DNA of 58,021 bases, the filler included, from Sphacelaria rigidula (lineage: Eukaryota), in assembly GCA_964200075.2 (NCBI GenBank). It is 9 parts of 9 records of this genome, joined end to end, with 100 filler letters (N's around TTAATTAATTAA, not from the genome) between each part and the next. Parts side by side here need not be neighbours in the genome. Positions count along the whole stretch, not along the records: positions 1 to 6,358 come from CAXNAA020020550.1; positions 6,459 to 12,816 come from CAXNAA020020551.1; 7 more parts are not named here. One strand, written 5' to 3'. A program made the translations under genes and the position numbers. Position 1 is the stretch's first letter. Each line of letters starts with the position of its first letter. Positions 1 through 12,268 of the stretch are shown here, in pieces. The notes beneath the pieces were generated by a model that saw only the letters and a program-made list of their open reading frames with translations, made no database searches and was not told the DNA's origin.

Positions 1-799
1 GGCCAGAGTGCACTTGCAACTCCGAACGTCAATCGGTTGTCGTCCGCGGAGCCGTTCGTGGCTCCGAATATTGATGCGCGGAAAAAATCAAAGAGTGACG
101 ATCAGAAGCACACATTATGAAGGGTAGGATATTTTGTGCGCGGGAATACCCCGCAGCAACACAGCAGTAGTGGTTGTACTTGAAGTGCGTTCCGGTGATT
201 CCTAGCGATTGGCCACGTGATGATGCCATTGATGCAAAAAGTACGAGATCACGGCAACCAGCTGACGAGATGCCCCCCCTACACCGCAGTACGGCTCTGC
301 TGAACACCGAGGGGGCACGGGAAAGCACAGGTTATTGCGGTAAGGAACAGGTGGTGAGGTTCGGTTTCCTCGTGAAACACGGAACTCCCCCGTAACACAC
401 ACGGCTGTACTGTAAATAATGAATAATACTGTTGTCGACTCGGGCCAAGCGTCTCACAAGCCCACCCAGCACTCATGTCTCACCTGTTGTACGCAATACT
501 GTGGGTTCCACATTTTTTTCGAGTGAAAATAGATGGTGCCTCCTGGTGTTCATCCGTCTGAAAACCCCACATAAAGCCGTGGGCAGACATCGATAAATCC
601 AGAAACTCTTTTGGTCGCCTTGTAATGCGTGTGCCGACCGCGTGCTTTTTGGGCCCCATCGGAGTTCAAAATACCCCGGGATGGACTTTTCTCAAGACCC
701 CTCGGGACAGTCCCTGAAGGGCCAGTCACTGCAGGGACCGCGCCGCTGAATCGAGGTTAGTTTACCACTTGAGGGGTGTGAAAAATTAACTTCGAACAA

Positions 800-965
800 A
801 CTATAACAGTAACCCCAACCCTGATCTCAACGAACGCACACCGAGCACCCTCCGGCAATGGGGTGGAGATTGTTACGTAGGCGAAGGGTGCGCTACCAGA
901 CCTCAAATCCGCGCCCCAGGCGCCGATTTCGACAAAAACGCGTTCTGCGCAAGATAGGAGCACGC
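800..965 (+). repeat. Dispersed repeat family C (begins with a degenerate CCCTAA-like tract)
   Basis: Shares the core CAGACCTCAAATC...GACAAA..CGCGTTCTGCGCA with 36552-36762 (+) and 34530-34975 (-). Confidence 0.6.
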
Positions 966-1319
966 TTGGAGCACGGCCCAATTAAAGATCCGGATTTCTC
1001 AATTAACACTATAATCTAGCCGAACTGTTGTGTGTGTGTTGTTGTGTTCTCGTCTCATCTATTCTGGACACCGGCCTACACCCTTCGGTATATGTGGGCG
1101 CATCAGCCGGGGTCACACAGGAGGAAGGTCAACACAAGAGTGTTTTTCTCTTTTATTTGTTCTTAGTACCCTACCTTCCTTCTGCGGTGCTTGCCTTTAT
1201 TTTTTATCGCAAGAGGGGTTCAGTCCCTTTCCCTCGTCGACCGTTTAGTCGAATTTTGTTTACCCACGACATAGTCGCTCTCCACCGTCTGTTGGGCATG
1301 GCGTGAGAAAAAATCCCAG

Positions 1320-1395
1320 GTCGCTTCGAAAATCGACCCCATGACCCAACCATCAGAAGGTTCCGACCTTAACAACTGAGCAGCCGGGGAGAAGC
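1320..1395 (-). mobile_element. Degenerate tRNA-derived SINE head (family S1)
   Basis: AATCGACCCCATGACCCAACCATCAGAAGGTTCCGACCTTAACAACTGAGCAGCCGGGG is a decayed copy of 12917-12990. Confidence 0.6.
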
Positions 1396-1940
1396 GACCG
1401 TTACTATCTAAGAAATTTCTCACTCTCCCAAGTGGTGAACCATACTGCCTGACTCGCCACCCAGACACTCAGTGTTGCGCCGAAAGAAAAAAATCCTGAT
1501 TCGGAACAGAATCCGACATCTTTTCGCCCCGATACGCACGCACCCACAACGCAACCCCAGATTTAGCAACATGAGATTGTTGCCTATCGTCTATATGACA
1601 TGGGGACGAAGTTTCAGCACCTTAAAGTACTGACAGCGCGTGTACGGCCGTGCCTCCTGAATTGAGGACCTCTTCAGACAATACCAGAATTTGTACCGCA
1701 CAGAATTTCATCCTCCACAATGGGTGCCAGCACAGATCGATGTTTGTTTCACGGCGCAGATGCTGCGTAGTAGGTCATGACGTGGAAGTAAACGCATCCG
1801 CGTGTCACAACATGCATCCAGCGATGTGTCGCGCAGTCTGGGCTGCAGAGACGCCGTTTTGAGGGCGTATGGACGGCATGACCCAAAATCCGTGTTTGCT
1901 CTGTTCACCGTGTGCACTACGAATCACGTGCCGCCGAACA

Positions 1941-2320
1941 GATTATATACTGCCTGTATTGTGCTGTATCTACGTGCCAACTTTGAAGCCGGATGGTAGG
2001 GACACGGTGGAGGAATCCACGAACAAAGTAACGCTTGAAAAGTGGAAATTTCAGTACTGAACGCTCGAAGAAATATATGATGGGGTGTGGTTACGCCGCA
2101 TTTTACAGATTCGGTGAGCTACCGCCGTCCTATTTGCACCCTTTCGGCCACCTGCCCAGTGCGATGGCAACAACTGCGGGGTCGGCGAACGCGTCGGGTG
2201 CAGGGGGCGATGGGAAACACTTCGATCGTCTTTCGGACTGATGGTGTGTACAGCGAGAAACACTGCGGGCTGAGGTATCGCGCAGATGCGATACTGCACC
2301 CCAGCAGTGTAGGTGTGTGT
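1941..2320 (+). pseudogene. Possible decayed, intron-containing DNA-transposase remnant
   Basis: An exon-like block (ccgaacag|...|gtgagc) reads ...KWKFQY*TLEEIYDGVWLRR, followed by SIVFRTDGVYSEK. This loosely resembles the DIYDG and TDG motifs of EnSpm/CACTA-like transposases. It has an in-frame stop and the match is motif-level only. Confidence 0.25.
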
Positions 2321-2478
2321 CCACGCCAAATATTCTGTCGATGCCGTGACAAAGGTCAGGTTCAACGAACGCCTTTTCCCCGTGATTCCTTGTTGTACCA
2401 CGGAAAATATATCTGTGGCCGAGAGTGCCCAAAACAAAACTCCGAGACCCCAAGTACTCCCCCCCCCTCCGGCGGTCG

Positions 2479-2779
2479 AGGGTGTACTATGGCATGCATG
2501 ATCGACACTTTCTACGATAGCCCCCTCAAAAAGTGCACGGTTTTTGGGAGGCAAAATCTTGACGTTAATCCGAATGGGAAAGGCCGAGCACAACAACGAG
2601 GAGCTGGGAATTCCCACGCTTGGGTTCGTTCTGGCCAATGTCGCCAATAATATGAGGCGCTTCATGCAGCCTGAACCCGAATATCAGGCGCTGTATGGTC
2701 ATTTTTTTCGTGACACTTTTAGGTGGTTTTGGGGGGGGGCTACGCGTATCGTAGAAAGTGTCGATCATGAGTACACCCT
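2479..2779. mobile_element. 301-bp MITE with TIRs and a 10-bp target-site duplication (family A termini)
   Basis: Left end AGGGTGTACT..CATGATCGACACTTTCTACGATAGCCCC is the reverse complement of the right end GGGGCTA..TATCGTAGAAAGTGTCGATCATGAGTACACCCT. CCGGCGGTCG flanks both sides (2469-2478, 2780-2789). The internal sequence recurs inverted at about 25430-25660. Confidence 0.85.
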
Positions 2780-4489
2780 CCGGCGGTCGCAGGATTTTTT
2801 TTTCACATTAAGAAACACTCAACATATAGCCATTTTAGGGCGACTGGTTGAGGTAGCCCCCATGACCGTTGGCCCTATCTGCCACCACATTGGACGCAAA
2901 TTGGCGGTGCAGATAGATGCGTTGAGCTCGATTGAGCAAGCATTGCAGAGCATTGTGGTATTTGTCTGGTCTTGTTCTTGTCGTGGAAGTGTGACGTGCA
3001 GAGTAGTGCCGAAACTCATGAATATAACTTGGCTTTAGCTCCGCAGGTATGCGAAGAATGAAAGCTTCATTAACACGAATTTTAATTCTTTATATTTTAT
3101 TTTCATGTTCTGATTTTTTATTGATGTGTGGGATTTAGTAACCCCCTCCCCCCCGAAAATACCTAGGATTGAAAAAATCGGCATAGGGCCTCGCATTTTT
3201 TTTTTGGGCCCTCCTGGTTTGGCCACATATCGCGTGTAAGACCCACTTTTATGGCAAACGAATCTCGATTTTTTGGGACCCCGATTTTGAAAAAATCGGA
3301 GGGACTCAAATTCGTGAACTCAAAATCGGGGGGACCATTTTTTGGCACAGACGGTACAGTATCACATATTTGTGAAACGGTTCTGTACACAGACTGTCTT
3401 TTATTGCATGAGTGTAGTACTGCTTCTCGTGCATGAAGCCGAAGAGCAGGCAGGCGGTATGTAAACTATACTTCGAGTACAGTGTCGTACCTCGATACCC
3501 TAGGGTAATACAGTGTAGGACACTTTATCAGTACAGTAAACAGCCGATTTTATATTTTGGGGTTCAACACTAAAATGGGATTCAACCTATTTTTGGGATT
3601 TTGACAATTCGCCCGAAACAGTTCAGTGAGGAAACGCGCTTTCGCTTGTCCTCGGGTGCGAAGTAGTTTTGAAAGTTGGCGTGGCTACCCGTACGCGTGT
3701 CGCCGACGACGGCACCGGAGAACCCGTGCCCGACCAGAAGGTCCTTGCCCGCGTCCCTACAAGAGTACAGCAGTCTAATCGCTGCTGTACCGCTTCCATG
3801 GCCGCACGGCATGGTGTGTGGCAGCTAACATGGATGTACATCCGTGTGCCTTGTGTGCGGTATGTGCCATCTACTATCAATAATGTGTGAACGTCACACG
3901 GAAGGATGCTTTCCACACGATCGACTGCGACTATCAACTCGCACGTGATGCAAAGCGAGTTCTTGGGCGATTGTGTCCTGCTGTTTGTCGGCGGCGCAAG
4001 AGCAACGCCTTCTCTTTCGCGTATTTCTGTCAATATTTCTTCACCTGCTCTTCTGCCCTAGACAAGGAGCGGGCATGGCCAGCAATCGGAGTAGATCAAC
4101 GGATGCACTTATTTGTTTACCTGCTCTTCCGCCCTGGACAAGGAGCGGGCCAACAATCGGAGTGGATAAACAAAAATGAAACATGGAAACGCCTGCGGCA
4201 ACGGCGAACAAAAAAGGTCCAGACCACGCCTCAACGCTCTTGCCTGTCCCCTCGGTACCCTAGTCGCCTAACTGCCACGCGTCTTGCCGCCTGCAATGAA
4301 AGACTAACCAGCCACCGACCTCTACTTTACGAAGTGGGGGACCAGAATACCACTAACGCCCACCCAATGATGCCGTCGTGTCAATCCGACATGACCACAA
4401 ACCCGAGAACCAACAACACCACCACCACCTACTTGACCATCACTCATCCCGCAACTCTCGCTGTTGCTTACACCCCCCTTCAACACTCC

Positions 4490-4998
4490 TACTCGGCACT
4501 ACTTTCTTCGCCGCCGGAGTTCTTGTCGCCGCCGATACCATCTACACTATCTTCGTCTTCACTGTCGGAATCGGCGCCTTCACCCCCCTCAACATCGTTC
4601 GGCGCCCTTCTCTGTTTCCGCTTAGAGGTGGCAACGGACGTGAGGACCCGGAACCCCGTTCCCCCCACGACGTACTACCCGGGGTGGACGTAGAGGGGGC
4701 TCTTGTGAGCGTTCCTACTGGTAATAGCTTTGGCATTTTTGATGGCGTGCATGGCATACTTGCCCCCCTCCCTCCTGACCTTTACAGCATCCAGAATTGC
4801 ATCTCGTCTGCCCTCCTGCGGCACCGACGACTCCATCGTAAGGAGGGCGTCTTCGTCCCCCTCGTCCCACGACAGGTGATACGAGGGACATGTACGGTCT
4901 AGTCTCATGTAGGAGGCGGTGCGAGGTCGGCACAACTCCCTCCCGCTCGCCAGCATCCGCGAGAGCTGACGATTGATTGCCACCAAAACCAACCTCAC
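4490..4998 (-). pseudogene. Interrupted ORF of unknown function with an acidic C-terminus
   Basis: The ORF 4675-4998 frame continues past a TAG as YVVGGTGFRVLTSVATSKRKQRRAPNDVEGGEGADSDSEDEDSVDG. No family recognised. Confidence 0.25.
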
Positions 4999-5812
4999 GT
5001 ATTAGTGTTCTGTCATGAAGATGCATACTAGCCTGTTGTCATGCCGCTTCAGACCCGTTGTCGAAGTCTGACTTTCGGTCATACTGGAAATCCCAGTAGA
5101 CAAGATTGCAGGTCTGTTCAGAGTTGGTCGGGTTCGGATGTGAGCTTGTATATTGGTAAACGATGGCGAGATAGATCGGCCGGGACCGATATAGCTCGCT
5201 CATCCTCCAGCACTATCAACTGCTCCTCTATTGTCCTCCAGCAAAAGAAGTATAACAATCGGTGAGACGCATTGAGTCGAATTGGACTGATTGAGTGGGT
5301 ACCGGAGTTAGAATCAAGATAATCAAGAGAGAAGTGAAGAACCTATTCGCGTGAACCTCGTCTGATATTGTGTTGAGCTGTTTTCAGCAGTGTGCAGAAC
5401 TGTGCCAGCCTGACAGTTGCCCGCTGGCCTTGTGAGCCTGCACCTTGGACTACAACCTGTGTCTTTGCATTATACTGCCACCTGCTCTTTATTACTTTGG
5501 CGTTTGACTAAGGAGCTTCTTCCTTGGCTATTGCGTTTCTTTCTTGTACCGATTTGTATCCCTGGCTGCCAGCTGTGTACTCCAGCTTTTTGATCATTTG
5601 CCCCTTTTTCCCGTCAGGACAGTGCTAGTCAAATCTACCGCCCAGGTAGTCAGTAGCTCTCGAGCTTCTGCCCCGCGTGTCTCACGGAAAAGTGTATTTG
5701 TGCCCTGCTACTTGCAGTTGCTGTAGCGCTTGACGGCATATCTTGTGTGGCCAACGTGGGATCAACGCGCACTGCTTGCTACTCTTGCCGTGCTGTCAAT
5801 TTGACACCACCT

Positions 5813-6067
5813 GCAGACTGCTGCCGAGATAGCCCCCCTCCGAACCGGCCAAAAAAGTGCACGGAGGCGATGATCATAAATGCCGTTATAGCTGGTTTCG
5901 TGCTGCACGACGCAACTCATTTGGGTGTTATAGCTCATTTCGGACTGCTACACGCCTTTCTTGTGGGCGAAATCGCTGCAAACGAGACGAATAGTGGGAT
6001 CGCAGTCGGTTTGTCGAATGGTCTCCGGTGCACGTTTTGTGGGTGGGCTATTTTGGCATTGGTCTGC
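5813..6067. mobile_element. About 255-bp MITE-like repeat, family B
   Basis: Imperfect TIRs (GCAGACTGCTGCCGAGATAGCCCC / GGGCTATTTTGGCATTGGTCTGC). Further copies at 6225-6358 and 34676-34935. Confidence 0.7.
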
Positions 6068-6224
6068 ACAAGGCCCAACGGTATCAGTTTCGTCTGCACG
6101 TCTTCGAATCTTTTCGTGATTCACCAGCCCGGCACGACGACCGCACCAAGTCATCGTTGGCTCGTGTATTTGGCCTTGTGGCCCCCTTCCTTTCTGCAGA
6201 ATAAGTCTTCTACTACAGGTTTGT

Positions 6225-6358
6225 ACAGACTGCTGCCGCGATAGCCCCCCCCGAACCGGCCAAAAACCTGCACGGAGGTGATGATCATAATTGCCTTTAG
6301 AGCTGGTTTCGTGCTGCACGACGGGGCTCATTCGGGTGTTATCGCTGATTTCGGACTG
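6225..6358. mobile_element. Family B MITE-like repeat, truncated by contig end
   Basis: Close match to the first half of 5813-6067. Confidence 0.7.
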
Positions 6359-6458
6359 NNNNNNNNNNNNNNNNNNNNNNNNNNNNNNNNNNNNNNNNNN
6401 NNTTAATTAATTAANNNNNNNNNNNNNNNNNNNNNNNNNNNNNNNNNNNNNNNNNNNN
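6359..6458. other. Artificial contig-joining spacer
   Basis: N44-TTAATTAATTAA-N44 (stop codons in all six frames). Confidence 0.99.
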
Positions 6459-7619
6459 TGCATGATCATGACTACACCCCCCCCCCCCTCCAAGGTAAAG
6501 AGCCGGACGAAGTCAACCGTTACGGCGCGAAGCGTCGAAGTATAATTTATCCGGGGGTATGTGGTCGTAAAATGCAGTCGCATGTGCTTGGTGTAGGCAT
6601 TTTTAGGCAAGTGCCGCTGTGACCCGGTGGCCGAATTGGAACATGAATAGTAGGCAGTAGTCAAGACGGGTGGCTTTTGCGATTCGAATGACGACACTCC
6701 AAGGCCACGGCACTAGGTTGACCTTACCTTAATTGCTATGGATAACTTGAGTCCACCCCCAAACAACGTTTTTTGTGCAGATGTGGTATTATCTGGGACG
6801 TATTTGGAGCATGCTTCGTATCGTTTTCGCGTTTGTGGAGAAGTTGAGGGGTTTCTGGCCACAGAGGATATGAAAGCGTTTCGTTCTCACGAATGGTTTG
6901 TGTGCGGGGCGGAATGATATGGCAGGAAAAAAGCAGAGAACGCTCGACGCATGGAGGAGGTGGAAGCCCGTATCCGGAATTTCGAGGAAAACACTTCGCA
7001 GGATACCTCGTCGGACAATCATTCTCGGCAAACGGTCTGAAGCATGGTATGGAGACCGGTCTGAGGATTGCCTCGACAAAAAAATGGAGTAGACCCCGGC
7101 TTGAAATGACGAGTGATGTGTCGGACAGCATTGGAACGGCCCCCTCAAGATGCTCATGCGAGTGTTCCTCGACCACATGATGAAGATTTCTGGCAAAGAT
7201 TGGTGTTTTTTCTCGAAAATGTTGAAGATTTTTGTACAAGATGCATCGGGGTTTCTAAACATTTTCGAGAGGCAAAAGCGAAAGCAAATATGAATGAACA
7301 TCGGTGGGTCGGAGAATGATGTTCAGACGAGACTGATGAACAGTCCGGGTAACGGTCTATAGTAGAGAGCGGTGACAGTTGTGCACATCGTGCTGAATAA
7401 TGCACGTTCACTCAAGAGCGATGATTGTGTATAAATCGTAAGCGTGTTGGGCACAGCGATGCTTGATGCTTCCATGTGTTCCAAGTGTGTACGCGTAGAT
7501 CTATTCTGTGTCTGCTGGGCTTTGCCGAAGTGTGCAAACTAGGGTGATTCTGGTAACATGAATCAAGTCACATTGAGCAACCTGGAACAACTTCAAAGCA
7601 CTTTTGATTTCGAAATTGG

Positions 7620-8120
7620 CTGATCACCCCTCTCCGTCCCCCGTCCCTTCCCCATGGAGTTGGCGTCAGTTTGGCAACGATGCCGTAGAACAGGCCACTC
7701 AATGCGTACGCTAGGTAACCAGGTCACGTTTTGTTTTTGTGCTTACGTTTCTTTCCCTGTACCCATCATAGTGGTCGAGCTAGATCACAATGTGCGGGGT
7801 AGGAGAACCTCATTTCCGCGCAAAGGGGAAGATCATACTACCCAGGTTTTGAATGGTGAGACACCCATGAGGCAATGTTTAACCCGTTGTTGTCTCTGGT
7901 AGTGGCGGTACCAGAAAATGAAGCAACTCATTGGAGGCTGTCATCCATGTGCAAAATAATCAGCGCGCTTCGGCCCGCACACATTACGGCGCTTCGCGCT
8001 TGGTGCTTGATTACGAGCCTGGTCAGGCGAAACCCCCGCGTGCTCCATTCCGGCTTGGGAGGGTTGCGAGGTCAATGGTCTTACGACTATAATATGGCAT
8101 GCACGATCACAATACACCCT
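7620..8120 (+). mobile_element. Abundant TIR-type repeat, family A (long form)
   Basis: Matches 32291-32660 (-), 36895-37200, 37460-37650 and 41790-41960. Ends in the GCATGCACGATCACAATACACCCT variant of the family A terminus. Confidence 0.75.
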
Positions 8121-9055
8121 TTCCCCTCCCCTGCCCTTTCCTCCCCTCCCTTCTGCCCCCCCGCTCGCCTGCCCCCGCAATTTGGTTGAAGCAGCAAACG
8201 GCTGGCGCTGTATGTAGCATGTTGCATGGCTATTTGATGTCGACATTCCAGCTCCCATGGGGTGACATTCAACCATGAGGCGGACTGGGTATTCGGAGAG
8301 TTGTCCATGGCCGCGCATTGGAAATTTTTCTAATGCATGCCTTGATGTTTTCGAGGGAGACCCGCAATATACGAAGTGATCCGTACCGTGATATATTTTC
8401 TACTGGTGGTTCGTGATGTTTATGTGTGTTTAGAAGCCGGTCCTATTTTTTCCTTGTATGGCTGTATGTGCTGTGCTGTCCGTTTCCGATGCACGAAATC
8501 ATTACAAAATTGTACAGGGAGGCAGGAAAGGGGCGCGTGGGGAGGGTTTACGTTGTTGCGGCGTGTATAGAGAGTAGTGATGCTTTGGCTGTGTGTAGCG
8601 CAGCAAGTCAAACGTAAATGTCGTAAACCATATGAGAAGATACTGTTTTTTTTTTTTTCATGATGGTGGAGTTCATGTGCAGCAGGTGCTGCTTGTATAC
8701 AAGCTTTAACCGCATTGCTGAGTGCCAAGTACATGCGTCGGGATGCACTAGTTTTGTGGTTCGTTCCTCTCTCGCATTCAGGCGGTCGCCGTCACATGCC
8801 ATCATACCGCCCAAGCAGAGAAGACGAAATAAATGGAAAATGAAACGACGAAAATGTTTCACCACAACAGAACAACACAGTATAAATCTTATGCGCCTTG
8901 AGCCAAGGAATGGAACACTCTGGGCATGATCCATTTTCGGCCAAGATTTCTCTCGACTATGCTGGATGGAACTGACCAGGAAATGCGTATCACCGGACGG
9001 GTCGGAGATTTATCCGCCTCTTGTGGTGATTACCCCCCGATAGATTGAGAATGCC

Positions 9056-9388
9056 TACGAGCTGGTTCAGATTGAATACCCAAATTTATTCCCCGGCGAT
9101 TCCTCACGCCGTTTATTCGGGTTGGACCACGAAAATTTGCACACATGTTCTCGAGGGCACTATCTAAAACTCGATGGCCGTTTTTTATTTTTATTTCGGG
9201 TTCTAGTGTCGAGATAGTCGGGATCTGGCCCCTTCCCCCCCGGTCATGTAGGTCAACCGCGACCTTGGATTAAAAGTCACCCAACATGGGAAAAAAAAAA
9301 ACCGGGTCTTCGCGTTGTAAATAGTGCCTTCTAGAACATGTGTACAAAATTTCATGGTCTAACTCGCCAAAACGGCGTGAGGAATCGC
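9056..9388. mobile_element. Foldback/MITE-like repeat with about 80-bp inverted arms
   Basis: 9096-9175 (GCGATTCCTCACGCCG...TTTGCACACATGTTCT..GGCACTAT) is the reverse complement of about 9310-9388. Homologous copy at about 47420-47705. Confidence 0.75.
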
Positions 9389-9483
9389 GAAAACGTTCGC
9401 TGAAGTTCTAATTTCACGAAGTGAAGTTGGGTTCTGCTGCGGGTGAAAATTAGACCAATAGGTTTTTGCTATTCCGTTTTTGT

Positions 9484-9556
9484 GTCGTGATTCTTGCGAT
9501 CGAATCCTTGCGATATTTGATTTGCGTCGTGATTCTTGCGATCGGATCCTTGCGAT
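9484..9556. repeat. Short tandem duplication
   Basis: GTCGTGATTCTTGCGATC(G/A)..TCCTTGCGAT occurs twice, about 42 bp apart. Confidence 0.7.
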
Positions 9557-10843
9557 GGGTTTTTTGCTAGATTTTTCCAGTCTGAAACCCCTATCGATTT
9601 TTTTTTTTGGGAAACTTGGTCTAACGTACACCGAACGCATCCTGCTCCAAGGGGCACCTGGACACACAGCAGTTGCCACTGTCTACAAGGTATGGTTCTC
9701 CATATCGAAGTCTTGAGTGAGAACCCCCAGCGTTTGGTGACCACGTACAAGGAAGGTGATCTTCATCGTCTAGTATCATGCTCCAAAACGTACCTGACAA
9801 GGGGGCAACATCCCCGCACGGACAATGACAATGCTAGCGGATCCTACGTCCCGAGAGTCTGTGACAGCCTGGCAGCCGCCAAGGTGGTTATGGTAGTGTC
9901 CTTCTAGCGATGTCAACGTACAGAGCACTGGAGCAGAGTTTGCAGGTGAATATTTCGGGGATTGCGCCTCACCTGCAGTTCGCTCAGATGTGGATTTTTT
10001 CTCGAGATCACCGAGTAACATTCCAATTTTTTGACTGGTTGTTGTCTCAGGCTATTCCAGATTCGGCAATAAATTTCTGTGACGGAAATGTTCCAAGTAA
10101 ACTGCAGTCTCCAGTTGTTGTCGCCATTTGCTTAACTCTACAGTGCAGGTTGATCACTGATCTAGGCCAACAACAAGACTTCGGTCAATGATTAAGGAAT
10201 TTCACTGTTTCATGGGTGACCTTTCATTCTACTTATTATTTGACTGCCATTCACTTGTGCACCAGTTCGTTTATTCATTTATTTACTATTGCATTCGAAC
10301 TCCAACTGTCTCACCGTTAATCTTGTCACAATCGTCAGTTGACAGCGCGTGGGAAGACAGTCCAACGCAGTACAGTACACGTCGATCGTCAGGATCTCCT
10401 TGCTCACAGCTTCAGGTAATTCGATTTCTTTCGTTCTTTGGTGGTGTTTATTGCCAGAATCTCTCTCGAGGTTTTTCTCTGAACACCAGGGTCATCTTAG
10501 CGTTGCACCGATTCTTAGAAAGAATCGGATTCAACCAGATGTAAGAGGCATGTTTTTATGTACTCCGTATCTTGACGGATTACTTAACATCCTCACCCCT
10601 GACCGCAGGTACTAGCCAGTTCCTGCGATCAGCCCTCCGGGCGCGTATCTTCGTTCCGAATCAACGGCCCATCATTGTACTGTCCCCCTTCCACCGCATC
10701 ACGCCGCGATCCGTAACATGTGTTGCGCGTTCAATAATCACCCTTCAATCCATTGTCAGAAGATCAAACCTGATATCCGTTTCCTACTGCACTCCTTCCT
10801 AATCCTAGAGGTGCTACTGTACTTTCTCTACAGCACTCCTATG

Positions 10844-12268
10844 GAGCCCTCCTGGACTCAGAACAAGGTCATAAGACTGCTCCAAGGGCTTCCTCCCTCA
10901 CTAGGGCCTGGAGACTTCAAGACAGCTATTATTCATAAACACACAGCCTTCGTTATCGGAGTAGGGGTAGGACTCGTGCCCCCTCCGCGAGGCACTTGTC
11001 CAGGGCCCTGCGACAGCTGCTGTTGTTGCTTCTGCTTGTCGCCAGCCTTCGTCTGCCCACCGTCACTACGTTGTGTAGCAGCAGCCTAGCCTTCCTGCTT
11101 GCAATCCTTCCGGAAATGGCCCTTGTCTCCACATTTGAAACATCCTGCATAGTTCGGGCCTGGTATGCGGGTTTTCCTGGAACTGGCGGTCCCATTTCCA
11201 CTGCTCGTCCTTTTCCCACCATTTGGTTGGCGCTTGCTTCCGGAAGTCCCGTTGCCACTCCTTTGTTTCAGCTGCGGCTGCTGACGGCCCTGCTTATCCA
11301 CCGCTTCCACCGTCTTCCATGCCTCCGCTGCTTCCCGAGCCGTGTTATACACAAGCCCAGGGTCCTCCTTCCATCCCCCCTTCATGTCCAACATGTTGAG
11401 GACTTCAGTTTTGAATTGGGGGTCAGTCCATTCAACATTTCCCAAGTTATGATTTGAGCGGGTCCTGGTTTGAAATCTGCATTATCGCGGAACGCACGCT
11501 CAGCGCTAGTATTCTCCGCAAAAAAATCCTCCAGGGCACCCCACGGTCCTTCTACTCTTCCCATTGGAGCTCGCTCGTTGCGGGCCGCCAACGCTTTCCG
11601 CACACCAGCAGCAGCAACTGAAGAATCAATCTCTTTATCCTGCCAACATTTCGCATGTCGGCCTAGTGCCTCCTTGAGATCGTCTTCGGCAAGCGCGGAT
11701 CCCTCAAAAATCGCACGTGACAAACACGCACGGGTGTGCTTCTGCACCAGTTCAGTAACAGTCAGTAAGACGGCCTGCATGCTACGTCCTTTGTTGTTCA
11801 TTTTGAGCCCATCTTCATACTCGACGTATTTCTGATAAAAACGTCGGGACGCATTTTCGCTAAAATGCCGTCCGTACTCTGGGGCTTTCAGCGATCCTGC
11901 AGACATAAGCTCAGTAACCTTAAACCTCACCTCTTCGCCTGCATCGCCATCACCCATTTTCTTGCGCGTTGCCATAGCTGCACGCAACAGTTCCAGCCAA
12001 CCTAGTCGCCTCTCCTCTGTCAGCAAGCTCCCTCACGTTACAGAGTGCACACTCCTGTGTACAAAGTCTGATGTAATTTCTCCGCAGCTGCCCACAGTTG
12101 ACAAACCTCTTCCAGAAACCAGCGGGTTCCTCTTAATAAACGTTTATTATAGAGCCCTCCTGGACTCAGAACAAGGTCACAAGATTGCTCCATGGGTTTC
12201 CTCCCTTACTAGGGCCTGGAGACTTCAAGACAGTAGTTATTCATAAACACACAGCCTTCGTTATCGGA
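10844..12268 (-). mobile_element. gag-only retroelement remnant bounded by 117-bp direct repeats
   Basis: Direct repeats at 10844-10960 and 12152-12268 (8 mismatches by manual count) enclose a gag ORF. No pol domains lie between them. Confidence 0.65.
11086..11975 (-). pseudogene. gag: Retrotransposon Gag with CCHC zinc knuckle (frameshifted), Gypsy-like
   Basis: ORF 11382-12026 (MATRKK...EMLNGLTP) joins ORF 11086-11445 (QFKTEVLNML...CFKCGDKGHFRKDC) through a 1-base frameshift near 11417. The motif is CX2CX4HX4C. Confidence 0.8.

Noticed and set aside
2051..3038. ORFs of 164-204 aa
   Set aside because: They run through the non-coding 301-bp MITE; the same peptides recur at the 25430-25732 copy.
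3887..4902. Long plus-strand ORFs (268 aa, 174 aa)
   Set aside because: Low-complexity antisense shadows of a minus-strand acidic frame; no domain.
5034..5806. Solo LTR
   Set aside because: LTR-like composition and TGTCA..TGACA candidates, but no matching TSD and no second copy.
6760..7320. Viral or transposon protein remnant
   Set aside because: Protein-like fragments in several frames but no motif I can assign.
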